Shown here piece by piece: positions 56,752 through 64,000 of a DNA stretch of 64,000 nt. How positions within the stretch are numbered: the stretch's first letter is position 1; every line of letters begins with the position of its first letter. Source of the stretch: a virus; the IMG/VR virus record IMGVR_UViG_3300025668_000745, positions 1 to 64,000 of that record. One strand, given 5' to 3'. Below the pieces are notes generated by a model. That model ran no database searches. It was not told where the DNA came from and was given only the letters and a program-made list of their open reading frames with translations. Both the position numbers and the translations under genes were made by a program.

Positions 56752-58158
56752 ATGACTTACAAATCGCCGTCAGACACATTTTGCTTACTGCCTTGGGTAC
56801 ATTTAAGTACAAGACCGGACGGCAGTATGCGAGTATGTTGCACAGCTAATGCAAGTAGTGTTGGCGCAACCAATGACAAAGAGCACGGCGGCCAAGTTGG
56901 CATCCTTAAAACTGAAGACGGTAAGCCTAATAATTTAAATGTTAGTGATTTTGAATCAGCATGGAACAGCACATACATGAAAAATGTGCGTAAGCAGATG
57001 CTTAATGGTGAAAAGCCACCCAGTTGTATAAAATGCTTTAAAGAAGAAGCGGCTGGTCACAATTCAAAGCGTATGTGGGAAACACATTATTGGAGCCAGA
57101 GAGTTGATGTTGATAAAATTATTGCTGACACAAAAGAAGACGGATCAGTTCCACCTCAACTTGCGTACATTGATTTACGCTTTGGTACTAAGTGTCAGTT
57201 AGCATGTGTTATGTGTAGCCCACATGATAGTTCAGGTTGGATTAAAGATTATAAAGCAATTTTTCCTGCTGTAGAAAACGCCAGTCTTAAAGAAACAATG
57301 CAATGGCAAGACAAAGGAAGTTATAATGGTAGTAGTTATAACTGGCATAAACAAAATCCTACTTTCTGGAAACAGTTTTATGAACAAATGCCAAGTATGC
57401 AGCAGATCTATTTTGCAGGCGGCGAAAGTCTTATTATTGAAGAACACTATGAAATACTTGAACACGCAATTAAAATGGGATATGCTAAAGATTTAGAGCT
57501 ACGCTATAATTCAAACGGTGTTGAATGGCGTGAGGATTTATTTGATTTATGGAAAGAATTTAAACTTGTACGATTCCATTATTCAGTAGACAGTATACAC
57601 GAAATGAATGACTATATACGTTATCCAAGTGTATGGAGTAGAACAAGTGAAGTCTTTCATATATTAGATAACGAAACAAGTAATAACGTAGAAGTTACAG
57701 TTGCATGTGCAGTGCAAGCTCTTAATATATATTATTTGCCCGACTTTATAAAATGGAAACTTAACGAAGGATTTAAAAAGATTAATATGTGGCCTTTTGG
57801 CGCCGGCGGTATTAACTATCACTTTGTATATCATCCACCGCATTTAAATGTAAAAGTTTTACCCAAATGGTTTAAAGAAGAATGCCGTAAGAAGTATGAA
57901 GAATTTTATCCGTGGTGGGAAGCTAATTGGGAAAAGGGTGTACCGAGCTGGCACAAAGGCAAAGTTGATTACGACAAATGGCGCAGTGCAAGTTATGGTA
58001 TTGATAGATTAGAAGGAATGTTAACGTTTATGGAAAGCGAAGACTGGAGTGTGCGACTTCCTGAAATGAAAGAATTTTTAGATTTATGTGACACACAACG
58101 CGGCATAACTTTTGCAGAAACTTTTCCTGAAATGAAGGATATATTTAAGGATGTCTAA
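56752..58158 (+). CDS. Radical SAM protein with N-terminal twitch-like domain (type A)
   Basis: CLLPW...RVCC...CIKC, CQLACVMC and AGGE. Confidence 0.92.
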   Translation: MTYKSPSDTFCLLPWVHLSTRPDGSMRVCCTANASSVGATNDKEHGGQVGILKTEDGKPNNLNVSDFESAWNSTYMKNVRKQMLNGEKPPSCIKCFKEEAAGHNSKRMWETHYWSQRVDVDKIIADTKEDGSVPPQLAYIDLRFGTKCQLACVMCSPHDSSGWIKDYKAIFPAVENASLKETMQWQDKGSYNGSSYNWHKQNPTFWKQFYEQMPSMQQIYFAGGESLIIEEHYEILEHAIKMGYAKDLELRYNSNGVEWREDLFDLWKEFKLVRFHYSVDSIHEMNDYIRYPSVWSRTSEVFHILDNETSNNVEVTVACAVQALNIYYLPDFIKWKLNEGFKKINMWPFGAGGINYHFVYHPPHLNVKVLPKWFKEECRKKYEEFYPWWEANWEKGVPSWHKGKVDYDKWRSASYGIDRLEGMLTFMESEDWSVRLPEMKEFLDLCDTQRGITFAETFPEMKDIFKDV

Positions 58159-59473
58159 CACCTTTTGTCCTATTCCCTGGATATTTCAAGCAGTACGTAA
58201 TAACGGCGATATTAGAGTATGTTGTCAAGCAAACGTAACTAAAAATCAAGGTGTTGTTAGACACGAAGACGGCAAACCGTATAATGCCGGAAGAGATGAT
58301 ATGTCAAAAGCACGTAATGCAACTCTTATGAAAGAAATACGGAAAAATATGCTTGACGGAGTATGGAGTGAAGAGTGTACTCGGTGTATGAACGAAGAAG
58401 CAAGTGGGTTAAACAGTCGAAGACAGTACGAATTAGAAAATTGGAAATTTGATTTAGACGAAGCAGCATCTATAACTGAGTTAGACGGATCTATATCTCA
58501 ACCTCCAATAAGTTATTATGATTTACGCTTTGGTAATATGTGCAACCTTGCATGTCGTATGTGTGGCCCAACTGACAGCCATACCTGGTATGAACAGTGG
58601 ATAGATTATCACGGCGGCGACGGATATGATGATACTCATGGTAGAGTTACGTTAAAGAAAAATGAAAAAGGAAGATTATATACCAACGATTATGATTGGC
58701 ACAACAGCGAAAGTTTTTGGGAACAAATAGAAAAAAATATTTCAAATATTGACCATGTATATATGGCCGGCGGCGAGCCAATGATGATTGAACGTCATTA
58801 CGAGTTTTTACAAAAGTGTATAGACAGCGGTTATGCAAAAAAAATTATTATTGAATATAATACAAATATGACAACTTTGCCTGATCGAGTATTAAAAATG
58901 TGGACATATTTTAAACAAGTAAGAGTTGGCGCAAGTATAGACGGAATGGGTGATGTTGTTGAATATCAACGTTGGCCACTAAAATGGAAAAGTGCATATC
59001 GTAATTTAAAAAAACTTGATGACTATGCGTATAACAATAAAAATATTATTGCTTGGATAGCATTTACAGTTACAGCATACAACGTATGGCATACACCAGA
59101 ATTTATGTGGTGGAAATTAAAAGAAAGCGGATTTAAAGCAATTAACAGCACTAAGAAACGTCCTATTATTACACATCATGTTGCTCACGGACCAAAAAGA
59201 GCAAACATTAAGATTTTGACACCTGAGCTTAAAATAAAATTACAAGAATATTATAACGAATGGATTGATCGTGTTAATGGCGATAACGAAATTACACCTT
59301 TACAAAAAGAAAAATTTGCTGATATATTAGCAAGTATTTTAAAATTCTCCAATAGTGCAGATATGAGTGATCAAATACCGCAGTTTATAAAATTTACTAA
59401 ATATCTCGACGATACTCGTAAGCAAGATATATTATCAATTGCGCCAGAATACAAGGATTTATTTGATGGCTGA
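58151..59473 (+). CDS. Radical SAM protein with N-terminal twitch-like domain (type A)
   Basis: CPIPW...RVCC...CTRC, CNLACRMC, AGGEP and SIDG. Confidence 0.92.
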   Translation: MSNTFCPIPWIFQAVRNNGDIRVCCQANVTKNQGVVRHEDGKPYNAGRDDMSKARNATLMKEIRKNMLDGVWSEECTRCMNEEASGLNSRRQYELENWKFDLDEAASITELDGSISQPPISYYDLRFGNMCNLACRMCGPTDSHTWYEQWIDYHGGDGYDDTHGRVTLKKNEKGRLYTNDYDWHNSESFWEQIEKNISNIDHVYMAGGEPMMIERHYEFLQKCIDSGYAKKIIIEYNTNMTTLPDRVLKMWTYFKQVRVGASIDGMGDVVEYQRWPLKWKSAYRNLKKLDDYAYNNKNIIAWIAFTVTAYNVWHTPEFMWWKLKESGFKAINSTKKRPIITHHVAHGPKRANIKILTPELKIKLQEYYNEWIDRVNGDNEITPLQKEKFADILASILKFSNSADMSDQIPQFIKFTKYLDDTRKQDILSIAPEYKDLFDG

Positions 59474-60473
59474 CTTTCTACCAATGATGTATCAAGATAG
59501 TCCAATAACTAAAGTACTCCAAGAATCAACAACTTTTAACTTTGCTACTACAGTATCAGATTATTGTAATTACTCGTGTCATTACTGCTGGCCTGGAGCA
59601 CATGCTGGAACAATGAAACTTCCGCCACCTACAGATATATTCAAGCATAATATTAAAAAATATTGCAAATGGGTTAAAAAACATAACCCAAAAATAGAAA
59701 ATTTTTATTTTCATTATAGCGGCGGCGAGCCTTCTATGTTCCCCCATATGTCTGATTACCTAAAGTTTGTTGCTGATGAAATACCTAATGGGTATAGCGG
59801 ATTGCAAACAAACGGATCTCGAACAATTAGATGGTGGGAGAAAAATTTACCAAATCTTCATTCATTATCGATAAGTGTACATGTTGGTAGCGCAGATCCT
59901 AATCATTTAATAGAACTTGCAAAACTTTGTGAAGAACACAAAGTAGATTACAATCTAAATGTTGCAGCCGATCTTCGAAATAAAAAGAAAGTATTAAAAT
60001 TTTTAGAATTATTTTCTAAAAATAATCTACAAACGGGATTTCATCTAATACAAGAAATACACGAAACCTGGGACGATAATGATCTACACACTAATAAAGA
60101 GTTTTATGAGGCGTGTGATAGTTTTACAGCGCATTATCAAGATCGTAATAGTAATTCAGAGTTACAACGTAAAGTAACATTTGAAACAGAAGATTCAAAG
60201 AAACCAATTAAGTTTGATGAAATGCAGAGAAGTTCAATGAGGGGAGATTGGACTGGATATGATTGTAATACACCGGCACAATTTATGATGATTAATTCAC
60301 AAGGTCATTTATATATATCTTGTGGTAATAAAATTGGACCACTAATTAAAAAAATTGATTTATTTAAATCTAAATTATCAGTTATTCCTGCACAACCTTG
60401 GGTGCGTTGTACAACTGGATATTGTAAGTGTACAGGCTTATGGCATGCCAATAAACAATTAGTAATAAAGTAG
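59466..60473 (+). CDS. Radical SAM protein with C-terminal Cys cluster (type C)
   Basis: CNYSCHYC, SGGEP, TNGSR; C-terminal G..C...C...CTTGYCKC. Likely ATG at 59466 (ORF track gives 59439). Confidence 0.9.
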   Translation: MADFLPMMYQDSPITKVLQESTTFNFATTVSDYCNYSCHYCWPGAHAGTMKLPPPTDIFKHNIKKYCKWVKKHNPKIENFYFHYSGGEPSMFPHMSDYLKFVADEIPNGYSGLQTNGSRTIRWWEKNLPNLHSLSISVHVGSADPNHLIELAKLCEEHKVDYNLNVAADLRNKKKVLKFLELFSKNNLQTGFHLIQEIHETWDDNDLHTNKEFYEACDSFTAHYQDRNSNSELQRKVTFETEDSKKPIKFDEMQRSSMRGDWTGYDCNTPAQFMMINSQGHLYISCGNKIGPLIKKIDLFKSKLSVIPAQPWVRCTTGYCKCTGLWHANKQLVIK

Positions 60474-60502
60474 TTGACTTTTGCAAACAAAGAATGTAAT
60501 AT
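60474..60502 (+). promoter_or_regulatory. Internal sigma70-type promoter, probably giving a leaderless mRNA
   Basis: TTGACT (60474-60479)-N17-TAATAT (60497-60502). The ATG at 60509 is 6 nt later and has no Shine-Dalgarno sequence. Confidence 0.55.
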
Positions 60503-60508
60503 ATTAAT

Positions 60509-61627
60509 ATGAGCGAAGATTTAAAATGGTCAAATTATGACTTTACTAAAATACCTTTTGACGACATTGTCTCTGTGGGGCAACGTACTCTGCTGTATCG
60601 TGATATATTTACTGTATCATGGTTACTTGGACGTTTCTGCAACTACAAGTGTTCCTACTGTTGGCCCTATGCCCGAAGTGACCGTAAAGATCACAGACCT
60701 ACCGAGCTCTGCTTGCGAACAGTGGATGAAATTAAACGTCAAGCCAGAGACAACGGCTTCAATTCTTTCCACTTCTCCTTGTCAGGAGGAGAGCCTACTT
60801 TCCATCCTGGATACTTGGACATACTAAAGCACTTAGCTGACGATGTAGATAATACTAACTATACAAGTGTACACATGACATCAAACTGTAGTCGCAACAT
60901 GCGTTGGTTTGAACAGTATGTAGAAGCAGTTAAACCATTTCATAGAGCAAGCATTACAGCAAGCCTGCACACAGAACACTTAAACACAAAGGAGAAGATG
61001 CAGGACTTTGCAGATAAACTAATCCTGTGTCAAGAACACGATGTACAAGTTACAATTAATATGGTCATGGTGCCGGACTGGTTTGAACGTGATTGGGAAA
61101 ATGCACTGTTCTTTCACGAACAAGGTATCAACGTTACTCTTAAACCACAATCAGACCCTACTGCTTCTAAAGTTGTTGACGGATACAAACCGGAAGACCT
61201 AAAACGTTTACATAACGGTATGCCGCAACGTGCATATACAGAAAGCAAACGTAAGTGGGAAGGTAGACCAAAACCTGCCTTTCAAATTCCACAAGGAGCA
61301 GACGGGAAACTTGATGCAAGTGTGCCTTGGCATTTTCAAGTAGAGTTTAAAGACTCAACAGGTAAAAAATGGTTCATGGATCAAGCAGAAAGATTTAATG
61401 CATTTAATTTTAATAAGTTTGAAGGATGGCGATGTAATGCAGGGTATCAAGGAATTATTATACGTGAACCGGACGGTTCAGTAAAGCGTAGTTATAGCTG
61501 TCATGATACGCCTCTTGGTAACATAGAAACAGGATTTAAGTTATTTGACAAACCTATGCCATGTATAACTAAATCCTGTGTAAGTAGTGCAGATAGTAAA
61601 ATACCTAAGACTAAAATTATTTCTTAA
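60509..61627 (+). CDS. Radical SAM protein with C-terminal Cys cluster (type C)
   Basis: WLLGRFCNYKCSYC, SGGEPT; C-terminal GWRCNAG...C...CITKSC. Confidence 0.92.
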   Translation: MSEDLKWSNYDFTKIPFDDIVSVGQRTLLYRDIFTVSWLLGRFCNYKCSYCWPYARSDRKDHRPTELCLRTVDEIKRQARDNGFNSFHFSLSGGEPTFHPGYLDILKHLADDVDNTNYTSVHMTSNCSRNMRWFEQYVEAVKPFHRASITASLHTEHLNTKEKMQDFADKLILCQEHDVQVTINMVMVPDWFERDWENALFFHEQGINVTLKPQSDPTASKVVDGYKPEDLKRLHNGMPQRAYTESKRKWEGRPKPAFQIPQGADGKLDASVPWHFQVEFKDSTGKKWFMDQAERFNAFNFNKFEGWRCNAGYQGIIIREPDGSVKRSYSCHDTPLGNIETGFKLFDKPMPCITKSCVSSADSKIPKTKIIS

Positions 61628-62249
61628 ATACTACCGGAATTTCTTCTTTTATACGTCTTTCAATCTTTACATTTTCTGTATGATGCTCACGTCTTTGTCT
61701 TGTGCTATCTTTAAATCCGATACCCATTAAAAGTATACTTGGATTATCAAACCCTAAAATTTCTTCAACTTCTGATTTATCGTAACATGCACAACACCCT
61801 GTTTGATAACCTAACATTGTAGCAATAACATTTAAATAGCCAGCAGCAATACCTACAGCCATTTCTCTATCACGTCTTAACATGTTGTTATCTGATTCGT
61901 CATTATTTTTAAACTTTTTGTTATATTGTGCAGACATATCATTTGCTTCAAATGCAACAAGTAAGTTTGCAAGTGTTTGTGGATTTGTACATTCTACTCT
62001 ATCTCCTGTTTCAGGATCAGCATATCCTAATCCTAATGAATTGGCATGTACTTGTTCTATAATATTTCTGTCTGTAATAAAGTGGGCTTTGTAAAACGCA
62101 AAGTTTTGTTTGCTCGGACAGTTAGTAACAGCGTGTACTAAAACATCAATATCCTCTTCTGGAATACTTTTACTAAGATCCCAATTTCGTTGTGTATGTT
62201 GGCTTTTGATTACTGATTTTTTAATCTCGTTGCGAAAGTCTAATTCCAT
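61617..62249 (-). CDS. Nitroreductase-family (FMN-binding) protein
   Basis: QRNWD...IPEEDI......PSKQN, GIAAG......LGY.TGCC and GIG motifs. Confidence 0.8.
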   Translation of the reverse strand: MELDFRNEIKKSVIKSQHTQRNWDLSKSIPEEDIDVLVHAVTNCPSKQNFAFYKAHFITDRNIIEQVHANSLGLGYADPETGDRVECTNPQTLANLLVAFEANDMSAQYNKKFKNNDESDNNMLRRDREMAVGIAAGYLNVIATMLGYQTGCCACYDKSEVEEILGFDNPSILLMGIGFKDSTRQRREHHTENVKIERRIKEEIPVVFKK

Positions 62250-62270
62250 AATGAATACTCCTTGTACTAT

Positions 62271-62277
62271 TATTTAT
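62271..62277 (-). promoter_or_regulatory. Putative late promoter ATAAATA for the nitroreductase gene
   Basis: Minus-strand ATAAATA followed by an AAGGAG RBS and the ATG at 62249. Confidence 0.5.
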
Positions 62278-62333
62278 TCAAATATGTATTATAACTAAAC
62301 CGATATGCATAATTACTTATAAAGGAAGCAAAA

Positions 62334-63086
62334 ATGGATTCAAAAACACATGATAAGGACGGTAATCCTTTAAACTTGATGCCTAAGGCAAACAGATTGC
62401 ATCAAGCAAGTTATTACGATACATGGTTAACTACTCCTGAAAGATATGAACCAACTCCTGAAGATATAAAATGCGAACTGCAACTTCAAGCCTTGGGTAA
62501 TTTTGAGCAGTTGTGTTTCAACTTTAATTACGAAAAGTTTACAAAAGAACTCGAAAATTTTGAGTTTGTGCCTTACTTGCGTAGAGAAGGTATCACCAAT
62601 GACCGAGACGGATTAATGTTAGTTGGATTAGAGGGCGATAAGTCAAACGATAGTTTAAGTAGACCCGAAGCTATTGCTCGTGCTGGCAGACACTTAGAAG
62701 AAACAGATTTTACATTTCCTACTGATGCATATATTGGACTAACTTCTCTACACGAAGTCTTAGATTATTGGGGTGGATTAGGACGCACAATGATTGTTAA
62801 AAGTAACAAGGGAGGCTGGTTCCCACCACATCGAGATGCTCCACAACTTACAAGAGATTGTTTTAGAGTTATTGTATTTCTTGGCCCTGCAACAGATTTT
62901 GATGCATATGAATGGTACTTGGGAGACGAAAGAAGAATAATTATTCCTAATACTGCATACTATGTAGACACACGTAAAGTACACAGAACACATGCTTGGG
63001 CAGACGATAGTTATCACTTAGTATTAAATGTTCCAAAAACTTGGCCTAATGTACTTAAACTTATGAGCAAATTAAGACACTATTGA
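62334..63086 (+). CDS. 2OG-Fe(II) oxygenase / aspartyl-asparaginyl beta-hydroxylase-like protein
   Basis: GGWFPPHRD (HxD) and distal YYVDTRKVH...HLVLN jelly-roll pattern. Confidence 0.7.
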   Translation: MDSKTHDKDGNPLNLMPKANRLHQASYYDTWLTTPERYEPTPEDIKCELQLQALGNFEQLCFNFNYEKFTKELENFEFVPYLRREGITNDRDGLMLVGLEGDKSNDSLSRPEAIARAGRHLEETDFTFPTDAYIGLTSLHEVLDYWGGLGRTMIVKSNKGGWFPPHRDAPQLTRDCFRVIVFLGPATDFDAYEWYLGDERRIIIPNTAYYVDTRKVHRTHAWADDSYHLVLNVPKTWPNVLKLMSKLRHY

Positions 63087-63087
63087 T

Positions 63088-63795
63088 ATGCGTTCTGAAA
63101 GCCAAATCAACTTATTAAAATCACATCATTCAGATCCGTTTTCATTATCTAATTTCCTTACATCGCAAGAGGTTGAGGATCTATTAGATTACTATTTTAA
63201 TAATCAAGACAATGTTATTAAAAAAACAACAGGACCGAGTGTACTAAAAATAAAAGATAACTTATTAGATAATATAATAAGCAGACTAAAATTACAAATA
63301 GGTGACTTTGATATAAGGTATGCACATTTCTTTGATGTAACCGGTCCGCATGTAATTCACAATGATGACGAATTTGATTATCCAGAATCGTATAAAGCAT
63401 TTACAATACCGCTTAAAATATATGGTAATAGTGATGATGTAAAATTAGTTATATATGATCAATATTACTACGGAGGCCCTGCTAAATTTTTTAATAATCA
63501 AGACACAAGTACTTGGAATGTGCATTATAATCCACCGCTTACTGATTATACTAATGTTGAAAATACAAATAACAGTGGTATATCAAAAACTGAAAAGGAA
63601 GAATATCTTACACACTTGGAAGATAAATGGTTGGAAGGGTTAAGCATCAAAAGTATGTTAGATTGGAAAATACAAAATGTTTTATGTTTTGACAGTTTAC
63701 AATTACATTCGTCTACAGATTTTAATGCTAAAGGCATTGAACGAAAAATAGGATTAAGTATATTTACAGTTTTATCTGATCAAGCAAAAGACTAA
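63088..63795 (+). CDS. 2OG-Fe(II) oxygenase-like protein
   Basis: N-terminal NFLT..EV..L, IHND (HxD), IPL and FDS.QLHSS. Confidence 0.65.
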   Translation: MRSESQINLLKSHHSDPFSLSNFLTSQEVEDLLDYYFNNQDNVIKKTTGPSVLKIKDNLLDNIISRLKLQIGDFDIRYAHFFDVTGPHVIHNDDEFDYPESYKAFTIPLKIYGNSDDVKLVIYDQYYYGGPAKFFNNQDTSTWNVHYNPPLTDYTNVENTNNSGISKTEKEEYLTHLEDKWLEGLSIKSMLDWKIQNVLCFDSLQLHSSTDFNAKGIERKIGLSIFTVLSDQAKD

Positions 63796-64000
63796 CATCT
63801 AATTTTTTATTTTTGTAGTCGTTTTCTTTTATTAAGAATTTTTCTATATCGTTTGATGTATAAGATCCTGTTCCTATAAGACTCCTTAAACTTTTAAGCC
63901 AAATACATACATTATTCTTACATGCTTCTGCATGTTCGCCTTTAGAATTTAATACTATTTGTATTGCTTCGTCGACATATTTTCTAAATTCAATAGGTAA
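63764..64000 (-). CDS. 3' end of a gene truncated by the window edge (possibly another radical SAM protein)
   Basis: Open frame from 64000 reads LPIEFRKYVDEAIQ...LLLDQIKL to a TAA stop at 63764-63766. The LP.EF..Y start loosely resembles type-A C-terminal helices. Confidence 0.55.
   Translation of the reverse strand, partial: LPIEFRKYVDEAIQIVLNSKGEHAEACKNNVCIWLKSLRSLIGTGSYTSNDIEKFLIKENDYKNKKLDVSLLLDQIKL

Noticed and set aside
44655-61627. Assigning specific names (moaA, pqqE, nrdG, queE, viperin) to the radical SAM genes
   Set aside because: Only superfamily-level motifs are visible, and the partner genes of those pathways are absent from the window.
1-64000. Alternative genetic code (stop-codon reassignment), as seen in some large phages
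   Set aside because: Genes are full length in code 11, and TAA, TAG and TGA all act as stops at sensible gene ends.

Overview
This AT-rich, gene-dense window reads in the standard genetic code and comes from a large T4-like (probably jumbo) myovirus genome. It has four parts. (1) At 1-4832, on the minus strand, are a T4 gp55-like late sigma factor, the gp47/gp46 (Mre11/Rad50-like) nuclease pair, a small basic protein and a stand-alone GIY-YIG nuclease. The nuclease is followed by about 490 nt of non-coding DNA with many stems that fold best as a minus-strand RNA. (2) At 4959-38011, on the plus strand, is a late baseplate/tail module behind ATAAATA promoters. It includes gp53-, hub-, gp5-, gp25- and gp6-like genes, a CHAP/NlpC-P60 hydrolase, a 4998-aa giant structural protein with an inserted putative metalloprotease-like domain, and three paralogous fibre genes. 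(3) At 38067-61627, on the plus strand, is a ~23.5-kb tightly coupled enzyme cluster starting at a near-consensus sigma70 promoter. It holds 3 glycosyltransferases, a methyltransferase-like protein, 4 SGNH-hydrolase-like proteins and 13 radical SAM genes in three architectures, 11 of them consecutive. (4) The window ends with a nitroreductase, two 2OG-Fe(II) oxygenase-like genes and a truncated minus-strand gene. I saw no tRNA, rRNA, CRISPR array or transposase. The two leading candidates for an undescribed system are the GIY-YIG gene with its structured ncRNA and the radical SAM/SGNH/glycosyltransferase array. All protein calls come from motif recognition by eye, not database searches.
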